DNA of 64,000 nucleotides, from positions 62,001 to 126,000 of IMG/VR virus record IMGVR_UViG_3300017971_000185; one strand, written 5' to 3'. Below are positions 24,901 to 36,400 of the stretch, piece by piece. Position 1 is the first letter of the stretch, and every line of letters starts with the position of its first letter. A model generated the notes under the pieces. The model searched no databases and was not told the origin of the DNA. It saw nothing but the letters and a program-made list of their open reading frames with translations. The translations under genes were made by a program, and so were the position numbers.

Positions 24901-27446
24901 AACGAGGCGCGTTCTCTGATCAGACGGCTCCCGATGACCATTACACGATGGGGGCGTCGGGATGGTTTCAGCTTCTTCCCCCGACAGGCATGGCTACTTT
25001 CGAGGGGACGGATTGTGAAAACCACGATCCCTATGTGTTGTTTGATCCCGACTATGCAATGGCTGCGAATTTGTCGAACATGCGTGCTCGTCAGAGAGTC
25101 ATGAGTGGTCGGGTACACCAGCTTCCCCCGGACGAGCGCACTTGGTCAGCGATTGCTCGGTCTCAGCATAACCTCTGGTCTATCAATCCTCATTCGACAG
25201 CCCCAACCCATTACGTGAACAATGGTGGCAGTTTCGCGACTAACTTACTCCGGCGGGGGGAGATGGTGACGTCAGCGCAACAAACCGATGCGCGTCTGAG
25301 AAAGTGGGCTGCGGTGGTGGGTGAAGATGAGAGCTTTCTGTTTGAGAGCGGACCGCCTTCGCGGTCGTCCTGGGGTTATCCGGCCGGCAACGTAGACAGT
25401 CGCGGTCGCCCTGCTTTCAATCCGTGTGCTTTCGCCGCCGCTTTGAAAGAGCTACGGGCACAGGAGGAGGGGGAGGCTACACAGAATCAGCTTGAGCCCC
25501 CAACACCGCAGCCTTCGAAGGGTCTCGTAGCGCAGAACGATCCTTCGCGGATAGTAGTGGCTCCGGCTAAGCTGAGCGGTGCTGCCCGGAAAGTCCAAGG
25601 TTTTATAAAGGGTGTGCTGCCGCTCGGTTCGCGGGCTGTCGAGGCAGCGCTGGGTGATGTGACCCCTACGCGCGGTATCAAGGTGCTGGTGAACAACTCT
25701 GGTCAGACCAAAGTTGTCGATACCTCGCAGATTCAACGACTGACTTTCACTCGCTCCGAGGTTAACAAGAGTATCACTGTTGAGGGCCTCGCCAACGAAC
25801 AGGGGATCTACGGACCGGCTGACTTCGAAGCCTTCCTGACCAAGAATCTCACGCGTCGGCTCCAAGAGGAAAGCAACCCGAAGATCGAAGGGATGGACAG
25901 CACGCCCAACGATTTCCTCAAAGAGAGTTACGATCAGATACGGAACGATCTTCTGGAGGGCGCCGGGCAAGATTTCCGCGACTTCCCAGAGGCCAAGAGC
26001 TATCCCGTCTACTTTTCGATTGGAGACCAACTGGCGTCTCCCGATACGGAATACGTGATCGATGACTTTGAGGTTGTCCGTCTGCCTACGTTCGAAGATG
26101 CGGCGTTCACGAACGAGATCTTGTTGCACGATCCGTATGATACGTCTGTCGACTTTGAGACGCTGGATGATCAAGGTCAGTCGGCCGCGGGGCTTACGCT
26201 GAAAAAACTCGGGCAAGTGCCTCCCTTCCAGGGAGTCACGCTCGATGTGATCGTAGAAAAAGTCATTACTGCTTACGTCAGCACGATCGTCACGACGGTT
26301 GTAAGAGACTTCACCACGGCTCGGGACAGAGCTGGCTTCGTGGAAGGGAAACGTCCGTTCGGCTTCAGCGACCGGATGGCGATCATTACTGATGGTTTCA
26401 GCAACATCGCATTGACGGTTACGGGTGTCGAGTTTGACATCAAGGCTCAGCGTTCGGAGGCTCGCGCGCTTCGGGCAGCCAAGCGCAATCATGGGATCTA
26501 CACGCCTGTGTTTCCGGTCTCTGATTCGGGCGGCTACGAACACATTGGTGCGTTTCGGTACGGCCGAGGGCTAGAGATCGATCCGGGCGGCAACTTCGAA
26601 GTGATCAACACTGGTCTCGATCCCTTCAGGAATGTTGACGCACAGGCGGCAGAGGATTTTCTAAACGCACTGACGAGCATCAAGGGTGTTCGGCCGCCCA
26701 AGGAGGGGGAAGAGGCGAAGCCGGGGCGCGAGGCTTTCCTTGCGGAAGAAATCCGTCGTCTGACTGAGGAGCAACGGGATGTGTTGTTGGGAGTGGCGGG
26801 CGGCACGAGGGACATCGATCAGTCCACTCTGGAAAGCCTGACCATGGCGGACATCCACAGAGTTGCGCAAACGCGACTAGCCTTGCAGGAGCTACAGAAG
26901 ACCAATCCCGATGCTGTGCGCCAACTGGAAGAGGCCAACGACATGGAGCAGGGCACACTGCTCATCCGCAGCGCACGACCGAACATTTTTGAGACCAAGT
27001 TTGCCAATTACCCCGCGAACCAGCTTCAAGAGGGGGTCCTCAAGACCACGGTGATGAACGCCGCCTACAACCTTGCTGACCTGGAACCGCACATGCAGCA
27101 AAACGCCCACCAAGGCTGTGTCTGCCGGGGGAATGCTTCACAACTAGTGCTTCCTGCGTTTGGAAGGGATGACTTCGTGGCTATCGATGGGATCGATTCC
27201 AAAAGGGATCCGGCAACCGCTTCGTTGTCGGAGCAGATTCTACAGTCGCTACCAGACTATGTTGCCCAGAGGCAGGCGCTCCGCGGTCAGCAGCTTGACA
27301 CAAGGCCGCCTAGTCTGAGCGATGCTTTCAACAAGGTCAGGGATATCCGTAACCTGATCGCCGGCACGGGAGAACAACTGGCTGAGGCGGGCGAACAACT
27401 GACGGAGGTAGGTGGGCAGGTAGGCAGCCTGTTTGGGAGTGATTGA
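21903..27446 (+). CDS. Baseplate hub protein with inserted lytic transglycosylase-like domain
   Basis: FEFYQDVDGDLVFKPPFYN and IPLRPEMRPGYPVY hub motifs; internal ARETG..GASGWFQLLPPT..FDPDYAMAA. Confidence 0.75.
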   Translation: MPNLLDRPYAGNFQPNARRVVKYTPDALVYVNGDLSIPGCPKCNGRINIQRFVKSVSVEAGVHAGAASGSIQLAVPVIWGDQLFREGRMLLQPGLEVHIYMRGYFPVQGQFAHLDTADAVGQTGLNQGNFDNFPTYPYYHVFHGVVTSADYSYSDGFYSASLQLASMLHFWQFHNIATNAALVAVKPDGTRAQPNIWGNIYTNMHPYAIIYDLYRSIIGAPGGIEGIARLDTYRTNLNATITTRDGQDRLIYSMMQLYWEERFRTSIQSLRMYGVNGKLYNAVQQAYIGRRNSTKLNKLLQHNQHLDLDAQSNAKDPFSRSFAVAKAIGLEGAGLDVTFAPSMGTEGASDEKEPLDFNMTSIFAFTLSPGSANLNVFNTSYMPKLTIAQQVCEATGFEFYQDVDGDLVFKPPFYNLDTRSSRVYRLEDIDIISFSVQEKEPQATYCTVKSGLINSLNTGSDPSVGNRGTFIDWRLVCKYGWRPADMEITYFSNPKSLFFVAQHRLDILNIDIHSAQVTIPLRPEMRPGYPVYIPSLDCFYYITALSHQFSFGSACQTSLTLTARRAKVFAPGLPGPLQEGENAIDRIKLDEPWLPERPLEIMDNGIPRWAGFPNLVMALDPLKLNPKQFALRAGLEDLGTEILGEGKVELLFNIINQQVKTTGEGAGVFALAAPREDDASSPTEHTRYVLRRSGNPEDDIEFSLAELREDYASFDAARTEIQKRRGQVARLRDDLRLTASGGEPGLAQEGTLSRRTGGADAIEARLNEATASLRRATELFATGVTDFSANGDKTINSLVLIVQSLQNNDVIRRSFGGMPDASTTMTWLDIIADTKANMNPGMSLPGYYRFYSASHPSPEMQGQATLTFTEGSADDLFVYQDETLSEPAETSGGEVKKPVEPEPAPPEEVPDDLKVTEDGRVRRKQPGSHIGWFDDYTRGKAGKQEFEDVARRAQALGVPESYIRYMRVQVARETGNTWNTGVVALRSGGTARRDYNKRKKRGAFSDQTAPDDHYTMGASGWFQLLPPTGMATFEGTDCENHDPYVLFDPDYAMAANLSNMRARQRVMSGRVHQLPPDERTWSAIARSQHNLWSINPHSTAPTHYVNNGGSFATNLLRRGEMVTSAQQTDARLRKWAAVVGEDESFLFESGPPSRSSWGYPAGNVDSRGRPAFNPCAFAAALKELRAQEEGEATQNQLEPPTPQPSKGLVAQNDPSRIVVAPAKLSGAARKVQGFIKGVLPLGSRAVEAALGDVTPTRGIKVLVNNSGQTKVVDTSQIQRLTFTRSEVNKSITVEGLANEQGIYGPADFEAFLTKNLTRRLQEESNPKIEGMDSTPNDFLKESYDQIRNDLLEGAGQDFRDFPEAKSYPVYFSIGDQLASPDTEYVIDDFEVVRLPTFEDAAFTNEILLHDPYDTSVDFETLDDQGQSAAGLTLKKLGQVPPFQGVTLDVIVEKVITAYVSTIVTTVVRDFTTARDRAGFVEGKRPFGFSDRMAIITDGFSNIALTVTGVEFDIKAQRSEARALRAAKRNHGIYTPVFPVSDSGGYEHIGAFRYGRGLEIDPGGNFEVINTGLDPFRNVDAQAAEDFLNALTSIKGVRPPKEGEEAKPGREAFLAEEIRRLTEEQRDVLLGVAGGTRDIDQSTLESLTMADIHRVAQTRLALQELQKTNPDAVRQLEEANDMEQGTLLIRSARPNIFETKFANYPANQLQEGVLKTTVMNAAYNLADLEPHMQQNAHQGCVCRGNASQLVLPAFGRDDFVAIDGIDSKRDPATASLSEQILQSLPDYVAQRQALRGQQLDTRPPSLSDAFNKVRDIRNLIAGTGEQLAEAGEQLTEVGGQVGSLFGSD

Positions 27447-29896
27447 TGCCACCCAGAGACTACATGCCGCCTTTCCCGCTGAATCTCCTCACGTATGGAG
27501 AAGTCTGGAGAGATTGGCAGGCTGAGAATTGGCTCAAGGATCAGGATCCTGACCAGGGAGACAGCAGGTTCTCTCTCGCGCTCGCTCGTGTGACGCGGGT
27601 GGACTATTCGCTTCACACCGTCACGTTGATGATGATCAGCGGGACCAAGAAAACGGAGCTTCGGACTCCTGTTCCGATCAGCTATCCGGGGGCCGGCGCT
27701 CGTCATTTCCTTGGGGCAGTCCCCACCGTAGGTTCCTTTTGTGTAGTCGGGTTCTTACCTACCAAGCCCACGCACACGCCGGTTGTGCTCGCCTGGAACA
27801 TTCCAAATCCGTGGATGGGACACGACTGGATTCCCACACAAGATTTCCACCCGACAGAGTTTGATCTCACCTTCCGAAAGCAGACAGAGCTAGAAGGAAT
27901 CTCTCATCGGGTTCGCCACAAACTCCGGCACATGTATCCCGGTAACATCTGCGCCTCGTCAGACCAAGGCGCGGACCTTGTTCTCGATGAGGGTGTGCTG
28001 GTTTGTGACCGCCGCGGAGATGAATTTCGGATTCGAGAGCAAGATGGTTCGTTCATCTTCCGTTCGCAGCAGCAATTCCATGCGGCTGGAGGCATGCGTC
28101 AGTACACGGGGATGGTCCAGCGTGACGCGAGCTTTCTTCCTATCCCAATGGTCTCGGATGGACGGCGATGGGACGGGCCAAAGGTTACCTCCAACGGCTT
28201 GCCTTCGGCTCCCTTCCAACTCGATGAAGATCTCCTGCGCAAGGCAATGCAGATTCAGCCCCACGATGCTTTCAAGCGGGTGCAAGTGGGCGGCGTGGAC
28301 CCCGACTCGGGCTATCGGATTCAGCCGAGTCTGGATCCCTATCGATTTCTTCGGAACGGTCTGTTCATTGCAGAGGATGGGCAAGTCATCAATCCCGATC
28401 TCACGCTCGCAGACGCGGAGTATGCTGGCAAGTCGATCTTTCGCGTGTCGGCAGGGGACAACCCGGATTCGGGAGATGGGCAGCCGGCCAACGCTGCGGT
28501 CGATGCGGATGAAAAGACCTTGGTCGAGCACCGTGTCGAGATCGATCATACGTGGGATGGTCGCTTGCCCGTCACGGAGCAGACGGATGGGTTTGATGCA
28601 GATCGGTTGCCTCCGGCCCCCGGAGACGGTAGTCCTCTTTCCGCAGGGGAGCGGCCGTTCATTGAATGGGTGCTTGGAAGCGTAGTCGGCAATGACCCCT
28701 TCAGCGCTCAGGGGAGGCCGCTCTATGGCAAGCCGCTTCTTGCCAGGGTCTTCGATGACGCGGGGGCGATCGAGCCCGTGCTGGAGTCTGCGATTGGGGC
28801 CAACGTCAGCGAGCATGCTGCTACGTTGTTCCGTCTGGACCCGCCGGTAGATCCCAACTATCTGCCGACGTTTGCCTCGTTCACAAAGGATGGTCGGCTC
28901 AAGGCATATGTCAGTGGTCCGCCGACTGAGAACAGCATCGAGATCGCAACTTCGGGAGGGATCAAGGTCAGGGCAGGCGGAGCTTTGGATCTCAGGACCG
29001 GCTCTCCTCTCATCATTGAGGCTCCTTCCGGCGACGCTAAAGACAACTTCGGATTCTGCTTCACGTCACCCACGGGTGCGATTTGCCTGACTGCCGGAGC
29101 GGCTACGACGCGGGGAAGCGTGACGGCTCGGACGGCTCCCGAGGCTTTCGAGGAGAACACGCTGCCTGGGATTATCGTTGAGGCCCCCACAACCAGCGTG
29201 AACATCACAGCCGGGCGCAACGTGAAGATCTCCGCGGGAGGTCAGACACGCATCGAGAACAGCCAGGATGTGGTCATTTCGCCGCAAAATACAGTCAGCA
29301 TTACGACAGATAAGGTGTCGCAGCAGAGTACGTCTGTCGATAAGACGGTTCTGGCGAAGGAAACCACGCTTTACTCCGGTCCCAAAAACTTCAACCCCGC
29401 CAATGCTCCCCTGCGATCAGTAACGTTTGGGGCCAATCCTTTGACAGGACATATTGGGGGGCCCACCGACACTTACAGGATGGTCTTTGGTGATCGTGAA
29501 GAGACCTTCTTGTTTGGTAACCATTCCACTAACGTCATCATCGGGAACCTGACCTATCAGACTGGCGTGGGAGCCTTTCGTGCGCAGGCGGGAGCCAATC
29601 TGCTCAACTTGGATACCGTTTCTGGCATGGCCGCTACCGTGACGGCGGGCACGATGTCCATGACATCGACTACGACCGCGACCATTACAGCAGTTGGTGC
29701 TGCTTCGATGTCCGCTGTATCAGGTACGGCACGCGTGAGCGGTTTGGCTACAGTCCTTGGTGGACAACTCACGCCCAAGACGAAATTCGGGGCGATCATT
29801 GCCGAGTCGGACATCGATCCTACTTCGGGGTTGCCTTTTACCTTCTACGGGATGGGAAGCGCTACCCATCTTCTAGTGCCGCACACAGGTCCGTAA
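27446..29896 (+). CDS. Baseplate central spike (gpV/gp5-like)
   Basis: N-terminal OB-fold ARVTRVDY..GAVPTVGSFCVVGF; beta-rich C-terminus; TGATG coupling. Confidence 0.65.
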   Translation: MPPRDYMPPFPLNLLTYGEVWRDWQAENWLKDQDPDQGDSRFSLALARVTRVDYSLHTVTLMMISGTKKTELRTPVPISYPGAGARHFLGAVPTVGSFCVVGFLPTKPTHTPVVLAWNIPNPWMGHDWIPTQDFHPTEFDLTFRKQTELEGISHRVRHKLRHMYPGNICASSDQGADLVLDEGVLVCDRRGDEFRIREQDGSFIFRSQQQFHAAGGMRQYTGMVQRDASFLPIPMVSDGRRWDGPKVTSNGLPSAPFQLDEDLLRKAMQIQPHDAFKRVQVGGVDPDSGYRIQPSLDPYRFLRNGLFIAEDGQVINPDLTLADAEYAGKSIFRVSAGDNPDSGDGQPANAAVDADEKTLVEHRVEIDHTWDGRLPVTEQTDGFDADRLPPAPGDGSPLSAGERPFIEWVLGSVVGNDPFSAQGRPLYGKPLLARVFDDAGAIEPVLESAIGANVSEHAATLFRLDPPVDPNYLPTFASFTKDGRLKAYVSGPPTENSIEIATSGGIKVRAGGALDLRTGSPLIIEAPSGDAKDNFGFCFTSPTGAICLTAGAATTRGSVTARTAPEAFEENTLPGIIVEAPTTSVNITAGRNVKISAGGQTRIENSQDVVISPQNTVSITTDKVSQQSTSVDKTVLAKETTLYSGPKNFNPANAPLRSVTFGANPLTGHIGGPTDTYRMVFGDREETFLFGNHSTNVIIGNLTYQTGVGAFRAQAGANLLNLDTVSGMAATVTAGTMSMTSTTTATITAVGAASMSAVSGTARVSGLATVLGGQLTPKTKFGAIIAESDIDPTSGLPFTFYGMGSATHLLVPHTGP

Positions 29897-30477
29897 TGGC
29901 TGTTGATCCCGGCACGCTTGCGAAGGACATCCTGACGATCGGGCGCGTGGTTGCTCCGGGTGCTCCGAATCTGCCGAAGATAGCAGGTGCGGTCGGAACC
30001 TCGGTCTTTGCGTGGCTTCCTCAGCTTCAGAACGTGACTTCCAACGGCGTTACTGCGGGGTTGTCGGGATTGGGAACGGCCACCGGCAAGCTGTTCTTCG
30101 TCCCCGCAGGCCAGGTAGTCAGCCAGCTTTCGGCAGCGGGCTTGACGGGACCATCCAAAGCGGTTGGGTTGGCAGTTGAATTAGGTCTCGCTAAGCATCT
30201 CAATGCCCGAGCGCAATACCTGGGCACTTCTATAGGTGTTTCCTCTGGCGTTGATGTCACGAAGGTCTCGCTGTCCAACCCAGCAACGCTGATAGGGCTG
30301 CTGTCCAGCAATCTCCCGGCTATGGGGATAGCTGGACCGTTGGCTGCTCAGTACGCCACAGGACTCGGTGTCGGCATAGCTCTGCTCGTTCAAACCGGCT
30401 TTGGCGTGGGAGGGGTTGCTCCCGTGACACCCGCGCCGCTTCCAGGAGCCGGTACTTCCATCTCGACGGTATTTTGA
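29896..30477 (+). CDS. Gly/Ala-rich structural protein, possibly spike-associated
   Basis: TAATG coupled to the spike gene; 193 aa. Confidence 0.6.
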   Translation: MAVDPGTLAKDILTIGRVVAPGAPNLPKIAGAVGTSVFAWLPQLQNVTSNGVTAGLSGLGTATGKLFFVPAGQVVSQLSAAGLTGPSKAVGLAVELGLAKHLNARAQYLGTSIGVSSGVDVTKVSLSNPATLIGLLSSNLPAMGIAGPLAAQYATGLGVGIALLVQTGFGVGGVAPVTPAPLPGAGTSISTVF

Positions 30478-30486
30478 GTCACGACT

Positions 30487-33400
30487 ATGGGATTCCCTCT
30501 CGACGGCTTCGTTCTACGTGCTCCGCGCACGGCTCCGTCCAATGCGATATCTACGGATGAGGCGGTCAATGGTGTCGAGCGCGACTTCAAGCCGCCAGTC
30601 ACGTCGGCCTTCGGTGGTGGCGAAGCTCCCGAGCTAGTCGAGGTAGCGGCAGATCAGTACCGCGCAGCAGTGCTTCTGCGTCCTGACGATGGCCAGACCG
30701 AGTATCTCATCTGGGCCGCCAACACGGCTGATCTATCGACGCTGGAGATCTTCGAGGCCGACAGTGACGACGGCTCGATCAGAGCGCTCTATGGAACGCT
30801 TGAGGTCGAGAATCAAGTATCCGATCCCGATCCTGAAGTCTATGAGGATGGGACGCTTCGGTTCTATGTCAGCGATAGCACCAACGCTAGCATCGCCGCC
30901 ATTCTGCAATTCAAGATCGCTCGGGGTGACACCGACGATACTCTCGTTCTCACAGAAGGTTTCTACGACTTCAATCCAGTCACGAGCATCGTCACGATCA
31001 CGGATGAGGCGACCATCCAAGCTCTGAGTGGTGGTTTTTCGCCGCTGCGGAGGGATCGGCTAGGTAGCTTGCGCTACACGAGAGCGGCGGTCCGCTTTTG
31101 GTGGTCCAAAAACGATCGCTATGCAACTCGGTTCCAGTGGAACGGCTTGACTCAGAGATGGGAACCGCTCAAAGGAACCGCTCCCCGAAATCTGGGTACG
31201 CTTCTCGCAGACGGAACGTACACGGCCATTCCGAATCCCAACGTGCCGGCGGGTGAGTACCTGCCGGGGAACAGTGTCGATCCTGATTCGTACTCGATGA
31301 TCCGTGTTGGTGTTCGCCCGGACTCGGGCTCGACGCCAGTGGCAGAGCCAGTGTCGGTGACGGGCTACGGTGGGATTCTTGTCGTTGCGGATGATGAGGT
31401 CGAGGAGTACGACTTTCCCACCAACGCTCCCACGGCAGCGGGCGTCATGGGGCAGTCGTCTGGAGAGCTACTGTGGAATCCCGGCTTCGTGAATCTGTTC
31501 GCGGGGCAGTCGGTTTTCTACTGCTACCAGAGTTTCCTAACTGAAGGAGATGCTGAGGCGGTCGGCAAGCTGGAGACGAGCGAAGAGGAGCCTCTCTTCC
31601 TTTCTCCCGTTCCGGGGGTGACGGACTATCCATTCGTGCGTATCGGCAATCGGACTCCGTTGGAAGCGCTCATGGCCGATACCGAAGCACTCTTGGCGGT
31701 GACGGCTGTCAGCGAAGGTCAAGTGGGGATTGCGCTGTCCACGGGAAAGCTCAAATTCAGCCAGGTTGACATCGACAAATCCGACCCAGAGTCAACAACT
31801 TTCGACACGAATTGGCTGGGAGCGGAAGTGTTCTACGACGGTCTCAGCCTCACGCGGAGCCCTCTCAAGACCAAGGCTCCTGTGAGACTCGTAGACGGCT
31901 CAGGAGACCCCACGACGATCTCCAAGGACCAGCGCCTCTACATTCCAGACGCGGAACCACAGCCCGCTCCGGGCGTCTCAGGCGTCCAGTTTGAACCGGA
32001 TCTGACGGGAACCATCCCCGACCCGGCGATCGATCCCAGCATCCGGTACAACAAGTCCGGGCTTGTGCGCGATGTGCGCGGAGATTGGGACTTGGTGCTG
32101 TTTACGACCGAGGGACGAATCACTTCGGTTCGCGTTGTAGACGACCCTGAAGATGAGGTTCCGAGGTTCAAATTCCGCATTCCGCAGGGCCGTGCGTACA
32201 TCGATCTCAACCGAGGGTCCGGCGGCAGTGAGGTCATCCTCGGCAAGAAGGATCGGCAACGGTTTGCTGGAGAGCCCATGTGGTTTCTTCAGTCTGGAGT
32301 GCAACCGGCTGTTTATGCCAGCGAAGCACGGATTTGTTCGCGCGTGCGCGGCTCGTTTGACTTGGTGGGGACAGAGCGACTCAAGTTTGCCATCCAGAAC
32401 AACATCTATCTCTGGAACGCATCGGCCGACCCCGGTGGCGTGGCTACGAGTGCTGGCGGCACGTTCACTGCCGAAGAGATAGCTACGAGTCTCGATGCCG
32501 TGATCACAGGTCAGGGATCAGCAGTAGTTGTCGGAAGCTGCGTCGTTCTGCAAACGGACTTGGAGGCCAACGGCAAGCAGTACGGTGAGATCGAGGTTGG
32601 ATGGGGACCGGTAGACACGAAGGACTTGTCTGGAGCAGCGGCGTTGGGCTTCTTGCCTGGTTGGCATGTCAGGGTCTCCAACCCGCCCTCAGTCGATGAC
32701 CTTCACTTCTTGCCCGACTCGGGCACGCATCTCGGTGTGTATCGTAGTCCGCTCAACATCTCCGGCAGACGCGACGACATCGCTGACATCGGTCACCGAG
32801 ATCGCCTAGAGGACACCACGTTGTCCGAGAACATCGCGCAGATACCCGTGGTGCTTCTCGACAAGATCCCTTTGGAGGACCAGCCGGGCTATGACGACGG
32901 TGTGTTTTTCCGGCTCCAGACGGGATTTTTCACTCGCGATCTTCAGAATTACGATGAGGTTCTTCACCAGTTTGGCGAAGGCAAATTCACGTGGGTTGAC
33001 GAGAACAGTTTGTTCGGCTTGGTGCCACGCCCCACGACGGAGTTAGGACTAGGAGCATCCTCTCTCGTTCCCGATTCGTTCCGTTTGCCTGGCAAGGGCT
33101 TGAAGGTGTCGGCAGACGGCGGTCCCTTCGTTGAGCAAGAGCTAGACACGGACTTCAAGCTCTTGCTCGATGGTCAGCCAGGCATCGCCACGCTCATTCA
33201 GCAGGTTGGTGATCGAGTCGCTTTGGGCGCGCGAGGAACGGTTGCCGCGCGGGGAACGACATTCGAGGACAACTCCCCGGATGTGGACTTCGTGGCGCTT
33301 GGAGTTACGGAGGGCTATCAGCTCAAGTTGCTGACCGGGGCAGAAGCGATCCAGGGAACGTACATCGTCACGGCCGATGCGACCAATCCCAAGCAGCTAC

Positions 33401-36400
33401 AGGTCAAACCGGCGTTTCTCGATGATTCGTCCAGCGTGACTTGGGAGTTATTCGTCGGTGTAGATGAGGACACGAACGATCCGGGGATCGTTGCCGATGC
33501 TCACTACCTCCAATTCAACCATCTGTTGGAGGAGCCGTTCAAGATCCGCACGCTCACTGACCTGGGCGACGTACCGGTAGACGCAACGACACAGGAAGCC
33601 AGTCGTCTCCAAGCCAACATCAGCCGCGCGTTGGCTTCCGAGCGAGAGATCGACATACGGTTTGGACAACCCAACGGCAGTCCCACGGCCACGCTCAGGC
33701 GGCTAGAGCAGGAGTTTCTCGGAGAGATCGTCAACAGTGGGTTGTATGTTCCCGATCCGAGCGGTGAGAGGTTCGTCAACGAGGACTTCTCGATTCGAGT
33801 CGGGACCAAACTGTTTACGTTCGCTGCGGGAGATCTGGTCAAGGTCCCGCCACCTGTGACGTTCCCGTTGACGGGCAACATCATCGAGGTCGAGGATGGT
33901 TCGGGGCTCCTGAATTTCGGCGCTGAGGTTTTCGCTGAGCTAGCGCAGTCCGATGTCTACTACGTCGAGGAATTCGCGGACCCGGCCGCCAGCCCAACGG
34001 TCTTGCCAGCAGGAGTGGCCGAGTATCGCATTGACGATGGTCTGTTGAATTTCTCGGCAGACGACATGGCGCAGTACGGGGGAACCACGACGGCTTACTT
34101 CGTGCAGCAGATGGTCACGGAAAACGGTCAGGATGTGACCATCAGCCCTCTTCAGGGATCGATCCTGTTCAACACTCCCATAGATGAGCAGACCATTGTC
34201 GAGGTCGAGTACTTCCAGGCCCAGGTCGGATCGGGGGAGCTAGCACTCGATAATGAGGGGGATCCGATTCAGGTCATCGAGTTTGTACCTCTGTTCGTAG
34301 ATCAGGAGGAAGCGACACTACCGCCGGTTCCGCCGGGGAGCATCGTGCCTGCGGACTACGGTAGGCGATGGGATTTCAACCCCACAGAGAGGACCGTTCG
34401 TGAGGACATCGACGCAACGATCTACGTGGGGAACAACTTGGCGAACGTCGGAGGCGCTGTTTCTCCCCAAGTCGAGATTGACTACGAGGCGAACCAACTC
34501 ATTCTCAAGCAGCCGGTTGATCAGAACACGAAGGTCACGATCACGTATGCCGTCAATGAATCGTTTGGGGGCGAGCAGTCCTACACGGTGTCTACGATTC
34601 CCGTGTATCGGCCGCCTTTCCGCATCCCGGCGAACACTGACGAGTTTGTGTTGGAGGGAGACCGGACCGGCGATGTGATCGCAGGCAAGCTGCTTCGCGT
34701 CGGTGAGTTTCCGTTCTACATCAAGGAGTCCACATACGACGCGTCGGCAAACAGCACGACGGTCGAGATTTTCCCCCCGACGCAGCCAAACCAGGAGCCC
34801 GGCACGCTTGCTCCAGGGCACGATGTTCTTTCGCTGCTCACGGAGCGCCCCATCGCCAAGCAGTACAACACGGCGGCTGACGACGGCATTTGGAAGGACA
34901 TTCCCAACGAGTATGAGCCGGTCAATCGGGGCTTCGTTTCGGTCACGTTCTTCGGCAACTTGGTCGAGGATGCAATAACGGGTTACTTGCTGGAGATCGG
35001 CGGCTACCCGTTCATCATCGCGGGCGCAACGCTTTCAGAGGACGGGAACCGGACTACGATTGATCTGACTTCGCCAACACCAGAAGGGTTTGTGGTTGGG
35101 CAGGATGCGGTCCGGGTCACGATCCGCCCTGTGTATCAACCGGCACCGATGAATTTCCTGGGGCTCGGGCCAGTTTCCAGGGAGGACGTTGCCGAAGTAG
35201 TGCTGTTTGGAGAGACGGATGATTCTGGCAACGTACTTCCTGGGCGCACCCTCAAGCTGTCAACGGAATACACGCTGGACTACGACTCAGGAACCATCGA
35301 CTTTCTGGCGCCCCAGCAGGCTCCTCTCCGTCCTGGTCAGACGCTCTATCTCCGCCACACGCGGCTCAGGGTTCTGGCTCCGTTCGTCAGGGATGAGGTT
35401 GTCGTAACGCCGCGATACTTTGCTTCGTATGTCAATGGCATCGTGCCGTCCGAGGACAACGGCATTCTGGGCCAGGTTCTTCGTGCCGAGTACACGTTTG
35501 CCAGCCCAGACACATGGTTCTATCGCACAGCGCCTTTGCTCGACTACTTGGGAGAGGTAGGCGAATCGCTGCAAGCGGGGATTTCAGCGCAACTGCCGTC
35601 TCGCGGTGCTGTTGTTGCGATTCCTCCGGCGGTCGAGAACGACACAGAGGGCAACTTGGGGCTCAGGGCGCAGATCAGTGATCTGGAGGACCAAGATCGT
35701 GCTGCCCGGACGTTCATCGAATTCTACAACAATGTCATCCTGGCATACGAACAGGTGTTGGAGACGATCTCTGGCAACGTCATTGGCGACCGGGATGGGA
35801 AATTCAAATTCTTCGTTGGTCGGGGAAAGGAGCTAGCGCCACCCGGATACGAGGATGCCATCACAGGCAACCTCAACACGCGCAACATCTTCTCGGAGTT
35901 GTTCTTCGCCTACAATCGCCATCTCATTCACCTGACGCGAGACCCGTTGGTAGAGCCGATCACGGCGGAGCTACAAGGCGATCAGATTGTCGGAGATTTC
36001 CTCGATCCTGATCGCCTGGCCGACTTGTTTGGGGAGATGCGCGAGATCATCCACAACGATGTGGACGATTTGGTGCTGGTGTCTCGCACTCGCAAGCGCG
36101 TGCGAAGGAAGCCGCTTCGCTATGAGTCGTTTGGGCGCTATGACATCGCAGGAGAGCCCAACAAATTCTCACGTCTCTTCCCCGAGCGCGCAACCGCTTT
36201 CACGCTGACCGATCCGGGGCTCTTGGCGGATCTCGAATCCGATCCGGTCGATCCGGGTGTCTACGCTTTCCGCAAGAAACTTACGAAGTGGTCGTTCAAG
36301 GGAGGGATTCAACGGCCGAAGCGCGGGAGCACGTTCCGCAAGTCCATTGGGATCATCGGGAATCCTGTGTTGGGCCAGATGACTGGGATCACGAGTATCA

